Below, in pieces: positions 26,601 to 39,007 of a stretch of 64,000 bases of DNA (position 1 is the first letter of the stretch; the number at the start of each line of letters is the position of its first letter). Location: the NCBI RefSeq assembly GCF_964355755.1, contig NC_092678.1, positions 17,217,881 through 17,281,880 of the forward strand. The letters are read 5' to 3'. The stretch comes from Antedon mediterranea. Taxonomy: Eukaryota > Animalia > Echinodermata. The notes beneath the pieces were generated by a model. The model saw only the letters and a program-made list of their open reading frames with translations, did no database searches and was not told the origin of the DNA. A program made the translations under genes and the position numbers.

Positions 26601-27539
26601 TTTCAAATGAAGCTTACGTGTTCAAATTCTTTTTTAAATCTATAATCATAATCCATCATATTGATGGCAGGTAATTTCCAAATGTAGCTGACATGTTCAC
26701 ATTTTTAAAAATCTATAATCATACTCCATCTTATTGATGGCAGGTAATTTCAAATTTCAAATTTCAACAAATGTAACTTGCGTGTTCAATTTTTTTTTTA
26801 AATCTATATAAATCATAACACATCATAATAATTTTACTAATTATTATTGTGTATAAAATTTTCATAGTTATGCAATTATATTATATTCAGTATACAGTAG
26901 GCCTATGCTGTAGTTTAAAGGTCAATAACCATACTATCGGCCATTCTTGTACAAAATGTGCCATTAGACTGGATAGAAACACACATGTTTTAAACAATTT
27001 AAAAAGAAAAAAAAATTCATAAGACCACAATTTTCAAAGTTATATTATTATTATATTATTATATTTGAATAATAGTTCAAAGGTCAATAGTTGTAGAATC
27101 GGCCATTTTTTGTAAAAACATTTCATTATAATAAATATGAATGTATAGTTTCTGAACAATTTGAGCCCTATTTCGTGTCTCTCCGATTATTGGTTACTGA
27201 GATACGATAAATCAAGGTCAAAGGTCAAAATGTCAGAAATAAGACTTGCATTCATTTTTTGAGAAAATGTGTCATTAAAGTGAATATAAACACATATATT
27301 TAAAACATTTTGAGACCAAAATTAATTATCTGTGACTAGTGGTTCTCGAGATATAGGGTAATTATAAAAAATGGCCGCCATTTTTAATTATGCAAATTAA
27401 GGGCTTAGATGGCCGAATTTCGCTTGGGATCCGCCATATTCGTAATCAGTGAGGTCGAAATATCCTAAATCAAGTGGATCCCAGCTTCTACCCAAAAATG
27501 CTTCTTACACCATATTTCAGAGGAAATAGAACTTGTCTA
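23645..27539. mobile_element. Duplicate AcademX-like fold-back element (mini-hAT at 25358-25412)
   Basis: Same TAG..CTA ends and CAA duplication; retains 17 bp near 26050 that is missing from the first copy. Confidence 0.8.
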
Positions 27540-27735
27540 CAATGCTGCAAAGCCGCAGGTTTGATTTCACGCAGGTTAGGGAAAACACAATTATCGGAAG
27601 GGCATTTTCTTACGCTGCGTAGGTTGCGTTACGTTGCGTCGCTAGAAGTTAGAAGAGTGCCAGTCATTCAGCACTGAAGAAAACAAAATAAGAAAAAATG
27701 TAAACACATGTTACCAGGTTTTTTTAAAACATTAA

Positions 27736-29314
27736 AGGGGGATTCTGGGTTTAAAATTGCTTTTAAATATCGTTTATTTATTAAATAAAAAATATTATAA
27801 CAATATAGACATTTCAGAATGAAGAAGTAATAACGAGAAATTAAAAAAATAAAATTTCATATACATTTTAGGGTAAATTCATGAAAAGTCTGTTTTTTAG
27901 CAGCTTAGGGAAGCTCATTAATATTCATGAGATATTCACAAAATCACGTCACCAGTGGATTCCAAACTCGCGACGTCATGTACGTTGTGTTTGTCAACTA
28001 ATTTACATCTCTCTCCCCTGTCAAACGACGACCACCATTGTGATCATTGTGAAATACATTTTTTGTAGATTTTCTAAGCTAGGCCTAAAGTGTAATAATA
28101 ACAGTAGTAGCATTTATTTATTTGACATTTAATGAAATACAAAATTTAGTACAGATACGGAGTCATAAATTATACTATTTTTATACCTCTATAGTACAGA
28201 TCGTATTATCGGCTTCACGTACAATACTACTCTAGGCCTAGCCTAATAATAATATGGGCGAGAGCCATTCTGACTAGGGATTCCATGCCACGATGGCTAC
28301 GTTAAAACAATGGGGCCCATGGGCCTAGCTAGCCTACTAGGCCTACTAGACGATTGGCCCATAAATAAAAAAACCCATCCTATCAACCAAACTCCTAAAC
28401 AATCTAAACCTAAAACATTCTACAAAATCGGCTGTAAATATTGAAGCAAAACAAGGTCCGATCGCCGTCCACACGTATGGTGTCCCGATCGTCTAAGTAG
28501 GCCTAAAATAAATAGGTTTAGTTTACTCTCCAAAAAAGCGGATACTCATGCATCAAGCAAGTAGACCAGGTAGTAGGAAGGAGACCTAGCCGATCCGGCC
28601 CAGTTAAAATTGAGCTAGCTAGTGTAGTAGACCCTATGCGAATTGATACTACCAGGCCTTTTACTATAGGCTGCACTACACAAATATTCCAACTCTCTCA
28701 TTCGAGCTATATTATCTATACCATTCCGGTAGGTCGAGTCGACCTTCAATCAAATACTGTACATCGTTCATGTTGTGATTATAGACGGGGTATACTCGAC
28801 CCGACCAGTTTGGTATTGTTGTATCTGCTTATCACGTGACGATGCCAGGCATGGGCAGCGGAGAGCACGTGTATCGTCGTCTCGCTCGATCCTCAGCAGG
28901 AATGTACAGTATACGTTACGCTTCATTGATTTTGATTTTTCCCTAAGTCGGTGCGAAAATCGGCAAACGTAAAGTGCAAACATATCTAATTTTTCACTGT
29001 TTTGATGAATTTTCATAAAAAATTGACTTTATAAATGGGAAGACCGACTAAAATTACATCAGATAAGTATAATTTTACAAAAGTAATTGATATGGTTTAT
29101 GATAACGAGTCGTCGGAAGATGGACCATTTCACGAATTTCCTATTTTGTAACCACAGTGTGATTTTGCCGTAGCTGCACTTGTAATCTGGCCTGATTTCA
29201 CAGCCTTCGTTCTGCTTCACTGGGCGCTTATATAAATTGAAACTTTTACCGTTCAAGAGACAAACAAATATATTTTACATTTTTTACTATTCATTTTAAA
29301 CCCGGAACCCCCCT
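27736..29314. mobile_element. Duplicate Kolobok-like element
   Basis: TTAA TSD and same TIRs, offset 16493. Confidence 0.8.
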
Positions 29315-30022
29315 TTAATAAAGCAAAGAGTGTTAATTAATGAGATGTAAAGCACATTTTAGCATGAGGAAGTGAAAATATGGAGGGAGAGAAAACATAA
29401 AGTGTAGACACAGATATCACCTCACAAGCAATCTATTGCTGACCCAGTGTGAAGGCCGAAATCAAGAGTTGTTCCTGCTCCCCAATTTATTTATAAAACT
29501 TGAAAAGCAGAAAAAAGATGAGGAGGTGTATGTTTGTTTGTTGCCAGATGCCTATAACGCTGTTTCAGATTTTAAGTTAAGTTTATCTTACGGACGGATA
29601 ACGCTAATAATGTACGTACCACAACATTAGGTAACCGATACGCCCCCATTATGATAAGTGCGAATAAAGAAAAAGTGCTATTCCACTGTACGGAGGGATA
29701 GCTACCCGATGCCTCTCATAATAATATTATTTTTCATTCAATAACATTTACTAATAATGATAATAATAATTTACTTTAAAACAAACGAATACAAGTAGGT
29801 CTATCACTACACACAATACAACTACATACAGAAGCTTGTGTTAAAATAAAGGTTTATGGATCAATCATAATCAAACAAAAACGGTCATATTATATTATTT
29901 TAGTTTTGGATGAATATTCTGTCTTTGCAAAGAGTAATGAAATGATGTGACAAAAAGTGTGGTTATCTTACAACGAAAATATATTATTTTCAAAAGTATG
30001 ATAAACAATAGAAAGCACTCAA

Positions 30023-30094
30023 AGTACTGTCAATGATGTCAAACCATCAAACACGTTTTCTGATATTGTAGTTATTTGGTTATCATACAACCAC
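30023..30094 (-). pseudogene. LRR exon (WLYDNQITTISENVFDGLTSLTVL) with donor GT>TT; duplicate of 13530-13601
   Basis: Same exon sequence and lesion. Confidence 0.85.
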
Positions 30095-33000
30095 CTGAAA
30101 ATCGTGAAAAAATGCATTAAATAAGTATATATACAGTACAAAAGGATAGTACGATAAAAAAAATGATTTTTTAAATTTCGAAATACAAACAAAATATAAC
30201 AACACATATCTATATTGTGCCAACAGAGGCCATAGACGGCTTATATCTAATTAGGCGTGTCACTCCAGCAGTGAAACCATTAGGCCTACAAGGTATATAC
30301 AAGGACATAATAATATTTGTCTAATGTTACTTTAGCTCGTATTATCATTATTTGCATGTTTTAGCTGTTTTTCTTTAACAGCTTTTACATGATATAACTA
30401 TGTTTTATCTGGATTTACTGTAATCATGTTGTAATTTCCATATCATATGATTTCTGGATGTAGATTAATATCTACGATACAATACAACCGTTAAATGACG
30501 ATGATCCATGTATTCTGCTATATTTTTATTTTTCATTATGGCCGCCGATGTTGCTACAGTAACTGAATTAAATACCGTAATCGCATAAACAATGTCAAAA
30601 TAGAAAAACTCAAAAAGAGCAAAAAGAAAGATATTACATTTGATCGTATTACGCATGAAACAGACATATTTCATTGAAGTATTAATTCCTAAAATAAAAT
30701 AATTGTTTTTATAAGGCATAGAGTTAAACTGACGTTTTCATGAGAGGAAGATATACAATATTTGTTTCTGGTGCACAATAAGCTTATTACAACACTATTA
30801 CACTGAAGCATAAAGTTACACTTAACTGTGCCTTAACACCGTTTAACAGTTCACCTGATACAAAATTCTGATTTGTCCAAATTTCTTTTTAAAAAATCTG
30901 ACAAATATAAACATGAAGAAATAAAAAGCATGCAATGTCATTAATATACATCAGACTTATTATAATGACATCAATTTTCGATAATCATAAGGACGAGTTC
31001 TCGAATGATTCTCTCATTTGTGCCGATGGAATTGATATTTCCTAAGTTCACCTAACTACGGAGGAATAACGCTGTTCATGTACGTACCACACTACATTAT
31101 ATAACAGATGCCTCACATAATGACGTTTTCATGAGAGGAAGATATATTACATTTGTTCCGTGTGAACAATAAGCTTATTACAACACTATTGCAAATCATA
31201 TATGAAATGAAACAATATGTCATAGTTCACTACTGTAGTAATGGATGGATAACGCAAACGTATACGTACCACCACACTATATAGATAACAAATGGCTCTT
31301 ATAATGACGTTTTCTTAGAGGAAGATATAATAAATATTTGTTCCGCGTGCAAAATAAGCTTATAACACTATTGTAGATTATACGTGAATCGAAACAATTA
31401 TGTCGAGTGTGCCTATTCCTTCTTGTTTTATTGTGGACAACCGCATAGAGAAACTTTAACATTGAACGCCATACGTCTGGATTGTCTGTGATTTTAAACG
31501 ATTGTCAATGCTATCTCGATATATGACAATTATTTCAATTTGGTAATACAGAATCTCAAATGTATCACATGTGGTTCTTGTATCATTAGGTTAAGAATAA
31601 ACATTTAAAATAATTATATAATTTCTCATTTAATAAAACATACCAGTTATACAACAAACTACGTACAGGAGCTCGAGCTTATGTTAAAGTAGTACATATT
31701 TTTTATCATTTATATTAAGAATACATTAATCATAATGTTTAATGATGCTGTATTATCGAATTTTAATGTTACTGGAGAAATCGAGATACAATACCGATAA
31801 TCAGGTGTGTTAGACCAGAATACGTTACTCTGGCTTAAAATGGAGGTCTTTGCTTTAACCACGTTCTGAAATGTGTCTGTAAGATTATGTTAGGCAAAAA
31901 CAACACCTTGTATACCATAGCAGCCTGGTGTAGAGACCTATATATTGCCTACGCTAAATTCTTTCTTAAACTTGTTCCCACTTATACCTTCTAGAGGAAT
32001 GTTATCCATAGATATAACCCTAATATACTGCTGATTGGATTCGTCATTTTATAATTGTAACACAATGTGTCATAAGAACTGTTCGTTATACCATGGTAGT
32101 ATTTGCTACAGCATGTATAAGCTCTGAAAACTCCAAAATGACCAATCCTGAGTTACAGCTACGACGGTGCTACAGTAACTGAATTAAATAGTCTTGTTCG
32201 CAAACAATGCCAAAAACTTAAAACGAGCAAAAAGAAGATATTACATTTGAACGTATTAGGCCTATACATGAAACAGACATATTCCGTAGAAGTATTAATT
32301 AATAATTAATTCCTAAAATAAAATAATTGTTTTTTTGAGGCATTGAGTTAAAATTACGTTTTCATGAGAGGAAGAAAATATAATATTTGTTCCTCGTGCA
32401 AAATAAGCTTATTACAACACTGTTGCAGATTATACGTGAATCGGCGACGATTGTACGGAGGCCTGTCTATTTTTGTTTTCGTATCTAATTTTGGCTTTCA
32501 AAAATGGCAGCGCAAAGCAATCGCTATCCCTGGATCCGACCCGTCGTATTATTTTGATATACAATGATAGAGGTTCAGACGTTCTGTAGTATATTTAAAT
32601 TGTATTATTTGTATGTTCCCTTTAAACTTCATCTTAATTTCAAATAGAAAACTATCAATAAAGTAATATTGTTTACTTAGAAGTGTGCCAATTATCCAGC
32701 ATAGAAGAAAACAAAATCGGACAAAATTTAAACACATGTTACCAGGTTTTTTTAAACATTATTAAAGCAAAGTGTGTTAATTATTGAGATGTAAAGCACA
32801 TAGGCTGATTTTAGCATGATGAAGTGCAAATATGGAGGGAGGGGAAATATAAAATGTAGACACATATCACCTCACACGCAAGCTATTACTGACACAGTGT
32901 GAAGGCCGAAATCAAGAGACTAGTTGTTTGACGGGATGTTCCTGGTCCCCAATTATTGTGATCCCTTATTTTAGAACTTGAAAAGCAGAAAAAAGAGGAG

Positions 33001-33510
33001 AATGTGTAGGCCTATGTTTGTTTGTTGCCAGATGCCTATAACGCTGGTTCAGATTTTAAGTTAAGTTTATCTTACTGACGGATAACGCTAATAATGTACC
33101 TACCACCACATTAGGTAACCGATGCGCCCCCATTATGACACGTGCGAATAAAGAAAAATAATTGCTATTCAACCGGACGGAGGGATAGGTAACCGATGCC
33201 TCTCTTAATAACATTATTTTTTATTTAATAACATTTACTAATAATGATAATAATAATTTGCTAAAACAAACGAATACAAGTAGGTCTATCATTACACACA
33301 ATACAACTACATACAGGAGCTTGTGTTAAAATAAAGGTTTAGTGATCAATAAAAATCAAACAAAAACAGGCATATTATATTATTTTAGTTTTGGATGAAT
33401 ATTCTGTCTTTGCAAAAAGTAAAAATGAAATGATGTGACAAAAAGTGTAGTTACATTACAAAGAAAATATACTATTTTCAAAAGTATGATAAACAACAGA
33501 AAGCACTCAC

Positions 33511-33582
33511 AGTTCTGTCAATGATGTCAAACCATCAAACACGTTTTCTGATATTGTAGTTATTTTGTTACTGCCCAACCCT
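33511..33582 (-). CDS. Intact single-LRR exon (GLGSNKITTISENVFDGLTSLTEL)
   Basis: atttccag|72 bp|gtgagt, phase 2-2, LRR consensus. Confidence 0.9.
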
Positions 33583-35800
33583 CTGGAAATCGTGAAAAAA
33601 TGCATTAAATAAGTATATAAATACAGTACCAAAGGATAGTACGGTAAAAAAAAATTATTTTTTAAATTTGTAAATACAAAAAAATATAACAACAAATATC
33701 TTATTGTGCAAACAGAGGCCAAAAAAAGCTTATGTCTATTAGGCGTGTCACTCCAGCAGTGAAAACATTACAGGGTAGGCCTATATACAAGGACATAAAA
33801 ATGTTTGTTTAATGTTACTTTAGCTCGTATTATCATTAGTTGCATGTTTTAGCTGTTTTTCTTTAACTGCTTTTACATGATATAACTATGTTTTATCTAG
33901 ATTTACTGTAAATATGTTGTAATTTCTTTAATATCTACGATACAATACAACCGTTAAATGACGATGATCCATGTATTCTGCTATGTTTTTATTTTTCATT
34001 ATGGCCGCCGATATTGCTACAGTAACTGAATTAAATAGTCTTGAGTTCGCATAAACAATGTCAAAATAGAAAAAATCAAAAAGAGCAAAACGAAAGATAT
34101 TACATTTGATCGTATTACACATGAAACAGACATATTCCGTAGAAGTATTAATTCCTACAATAAAATAATTGTTTTTATGAGGCATAGCGTTAAACTGACG
34201 TTTTCATGAGAGGAAGATATAAAATATTTGTTCCTCGTGCACAATAAGCTTATTACAACACTATTACACTAAAGCATAAAGTTACACTTAACTGTGCCTT
34301 AACACCGTTTAATAGTTCAACCGATACAACATTCTGATTTGTCCAAATTTCTTTTTAAAAAAATCTGACAAATATAAACATGAAGAAATAAAAAGCAATG
34401 TCATTAATATACATCAGACTTAAGAATAATGACATCAATTTTCGATAATCATAAGGACGAGTTCTCGAATGATTCTCTCATTTGTGCCGATGGAATTGAT
34501 ATTTCCTAAGTTTACCTAACTACGAAGGAATAGATGCCTCAAATAATAACGTTTTCATGAGAGGAAGATATATAACATTTGTTCCCCGTCAACACTATTT
34601 CAAATCCCATGAATCGAAACAATATGTCGAGTGTGTCTATTCCTTCTTGTTCTTATTCCTCTTGAGAGGAAGATATATAACATTTGTTCCGCGTGCAAAA
34701 TAAGCTTATAACACTATTGTAGATTATACGTGAATCGAAACAATTATGTTGAGTGTGCCTATTCCTTCTTGTTTTACTGTGGACAACCGCATAGAGAAAC
34801 TTTAACATTAACGCCATGCGTCTGGATTGTCTGTGATTTTAAACGATTGTCAATGCTATCTCGACATATGACAATTATTTCTATTTAGTAATACAGAATC
34901 TCAAATGTATCACATGTGGTTCTTGTATCATTAGGTTAAGAATAAACATTTATAATAATTATATAATTTCTCATTTAATAAAACATACCAGTTATACAAC
35001 AAACTACGTACAGGAGCTCGAGCTTGTGTTAAATTAGTACATATTTTTTATCATTTATATTATGAATACATTAATCATAATGTTTAATGATGCTGTATTA
35101 TCGAATTTTAATGTTACTGGAAAAATCGAGATAGAATACCGATAATCAGGTGTGTTAGACCAGAATACGTTACTCTGGCTAAAAATGGAGGTCTTTGCTT
35201 TAACCACGTTCTGAAATGTGTCTGTAAGATTATGTTAGGCAAAAACGATACCTTGTATGCCTTAGCAGCCTGGTCTAGAGACCTATGTATTGCCTTCGCT
35301 AAATCCTTTCTTAAACTTGTTCCCACTTATACCTTTTAGAGGAATGTTATCCATAGACATAACCCTAATATAGGCCTACTGCTGATTGGATTCGTCAATT
35401 TATAATTGTAACACAATGTGTCATAAGAACTGTTCGTTATACCATGGTAGTATGTGGTGCAATTAATTAAAGAATTACATGATTTGTAAATATTTTACAC
35501 AAAGTGCAACACAGTGTGACGTATTGTCTGCTACAATATCTAATGATTACACATTTTTAATAATTATGTAATTTCTCATTTAATAAACCACTTATAATAA
35601 CAAATTACCGTATTAAACGTACAAATTAAAGTATAAAAACAATAAGTATATACAGTACCAACGGAAATTACGATAAAAACGTATCTATTTTATTAATTTC
35701 AAAATACAAAGAAAAAGTAACAACAAAATATCTATATTGTGCCAACAGAGGCCAAAAAGGCTTATGTCCAATTAGGCGTGTTACTCTGACAGTGAAACAA

Positions 35801-36007
35801 TTAGTCACGTGGACGCGACTCTATCGTTCACTATGTCGGTCGGTCGGTCTGTCGGTCTGTCTGTCGGTCCGGTATCACAATGCGTTTTATCGCTTTTCTG
35901 TACTTTTTGAACTGTTTTGATGTACAGAAAAGTTTTAAAGTACAATACTTTTTTGAAAGTTCATTTTTTTTTCTGAGAGCACGCGACTTATGGCTGTTGG
36001 CCTTGTT
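35801..36007 (+). mobile_element. Short HINE/DINE-like element with (GTCG/GTCT)n microsatellite
   Basis: 5' hairpin agtcacgtggacgcgact, microsatellite, 3' gcgacttatggctgttggccttgtt; absent from paralogous units. Confidence 0.55.
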
Positions 36008-37302
36008 AATTAACTGTCTTTGCATGATTATAACAATGTTTTATCTAGATTGACTGTAATCATGTTGTACTTTCCATATCATATGATTTCTAGATGTAGA
36101 TCAATATCTACGATACAATCTACGCCGATGGTGTTACAGTCTCTGAATTAAAGAGACAAAACAATGCCAAAATAGAAAAACTCAAAAAGAGCAAAAAGAA
36201 AGATATTGAATTTGAACGTATTACACATGAAACAGACATATTTCATAGAAGTATTAATTCCTAAAACAAAATAATTTTATGAGGCATAGAGTTAAACTGA
36301 CATTTTCATGAGAGGAAGATATAGGCCTATACTATTTGTTCCACGTGCACAATAAGCTTATTACAAAACTATTTCAGATTATACGTGAATCGGTGAAGAG
36401 TCGGTGACAAACCGAACGGATCATCCAAGATTTCTGAAAAGTCTGGACAAGAGTGTTCTCTTTGCGCAGTATTATACGGAGGCGTGTCTATTTTTGTTTT
36501 CGTATCTAATTTTGGCTTTAAAAACATGTCAGCCCTAAGCAATCGCTACCCCTGGATCCGCCCCGTCAGAATATTTTTGATATACAATGATAGAGGTTCA
36601 GACGTTCTGTGGTACATTTAAATTGTATTATTTTTATGTTCCCTTTAAATTTCATCTTAATTTTAAATATAACAATATCAATTAAGTAATATTGTTTACT
36701 TATAAGTTTGCCAGTTATTCAGCACTGAAGAAAACAAAATCGGAAAAAATGTAAACACATGTGACCACGTTTTTTTAACATTATTAAAGCTAAATGTGTT
36801 AATTAATGAGATGTAAAGCACATAGGCTGATTTTAGCACGAGGAAGTGAAAATATGGAAGGAGAGGAAAATATAAAATGTAGAGACACAGATATCACATA
36901 ACAAGCAAGCTATTACTGACCCAATGTGAAGGCAGAAATCAAGACTTGTTTGATGTTCCTGCTCCCAAATTATTGTGGCAAAAATAGAAAAACTAATAGA
37001 AGAGCAAAAAGGAAGATATTACGCCTGAACGTAATATACATGGAACAGACAGATACCATACAAGTGTTCATTTATAAAGGGTCAAACTGTGCCTTGAAAT
37101 AAACATAATTACTGAACCATGGCCGGTTGAATGACAACATTATTTCCATCATGTACAATTTTATACGGAACAAACGAATTTGACAAAAACAAATATGACG
37201 AATATAAACACGAACAAAGGAAAACAATATACATCAGATTTATGAATAACGACGTTAATTTCCGATAATTATAATTAATTAAATCTCAGTTTTATAGAAA
37301 GC

Positions 37303-37932
37303 AAACAAGGCCATATAGATGGCTGCAGTCGCGTGCTCAAGTTAGTGTTTACCAACCGACCGCCCAACCGACCGACCAACCGACCAACCGACCAACCGAC
37401 CGAAATTGCTTAACACAATACAATACAATAAGAGTGTATATTAACATTTAACGCGCAATGTGTGTGCAAAAATCTGCGCACTCATGGCAATTTTTTTAAC
37501 GATTAAAATTGCCTGAACGTACTCTTATATAATCGAAAATCAATTTTGACAATTTTGAAAATGTTAAGCGCGCGTACGCATGCGTTACATGCGCTACGCA
37601 CGTAATTGTTTTGCCATGATGATTTATGCCCTGAAATTTATGAGTACCAACTTTTATTTAATTGTGATTCATGCTTGTAAAGGTATGATGACAAACGTGA
37701 TTTCGTTAATTCGTGCGTAGACCGCGTAATTTTTGATTACGCACCGTGAAAACATAAAAACAAAGATTCCTGGCCATAAGGAATATACTATGAAAACTTG
37801 ACTTAGCTAGATGAAACTGATATCAAGACAAGGCCATATACAAGTTAGTGTTTACCGACCGACCGACCGACCAACCAACCGACCAACCGACCAAGATAGG
37901 GAATTGTAGAGTCGCGTTGCACGCGACTAAAA
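37303..37932 (-). mobile_element. Same HINE/DINE-like family in reverse orientation (composite)
   Basis: aacaaggccatat end present twice, (accg)n tracts, agtcgcgttgcacgcgactaaaaa hairpin end. Confidence 0.55.
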
Positions 37933-39007
37933 ACTTGAAAATAAAATAAAGTGTATACAATATGATATAAACGTAGATCTCGAGTAAACATAGTAAAGTG
38001 CCGATGAAAATAAGATAAGTCCTAAGTTCACCTTACTACGGAGGGATAACAATATGCGTGTACGTACCACCATACTAAATTAGATAACAGGTGCCTCTCA
38101 TATTAAGGTTTTCATAGGAGGAAGATGTAATATTGTTTCGCGTGCGTACAATAAGCTTTTTACAACACTATTGCACAGATTATACGTGAGTTTAATGTCG
38201 AGAATTCGTTCACGTGTAGAGAAACTGAAACATTCTTGAACAATCTTAAAAACTGTTGCGGCATCAAAACTTGACATAAAATTTGATAATTGTAAGGATG
38301 ATTACCCAGAATGTGGTTAAAATCGTATTTTACAAAAATGTAACGTTAAGCAAAAGTTTAGACCTTCGGATTGAGGATAGAAAGCGAAATCAGTGTCTAC
38401 AAAACAATATCGACACGGAAGCGACTGCAGTATTCATCGTATTCAAGCTAAGTACAGTACAACAAATAATCACTACAGGTCAGCAGTTACATTTTACAAT
38501 TGCGAAAAAAACTGATAACAAACAACAATGCAGAACAATATATTTTATTCCATAGCCTATGTAAATACGTGGACGTGATTGGTTGAAACTGCATCACACT
38601 ACCGCTGCGAGGATCGTACATCGTATATATCCTCGAGTACGATGATATTGACTGAGTAATTTTCGCATCCCTTTCATATGAAAATAATTTTTGTGTGGCA
38701 ACACTCGCGTTTGGCGATAAATAAACAAACACTGAGATGACTTTTTATCACGAGACAACGGTTAACCCGCTGCGCCACGCAACTTGCTTAAAGAAATTAA
38801 TCAACTACACTATTTAAACTATGCATACATAACGCCCTAATTTATTATTAGCCCTCTCTAGACGCGATGAAAGACTGACCGTTTGTGATTGGTCAATACT
38901 CACGGTAGTAACCTGGTGGTACGCGCGGCGCGCTGAACATCTGGTGATTCGGCTCGAAGAAGACGAATTATTATTTATTCGGCCTAACTGATAATAATAA
39001 TATTATT

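Larger units (their letters stand above)
3450..35800. repeat. ~16.5-kb near-identical tandem segmental duplication (about 3.45-19.9 kb vs 19.9-35.8 kb)
   Basis: ORFs and TE insertions recur at offsets 16475-16500, then 15521 after a 979-bp unit present only in the first copy; boundaries approximate. Confidence 0.92.

Noticed and set aside
35114-35326. ORF with LRR-like words (RVTYSGLTHL), repeated near 3150, 15300, 19620, 31800 and 45430
   Set aside because: No 72-bp AG/GT-bounded exon and no LxxN motif; paralogs carry stops or indels. It may be an ancient decayed exon but cannot be supported
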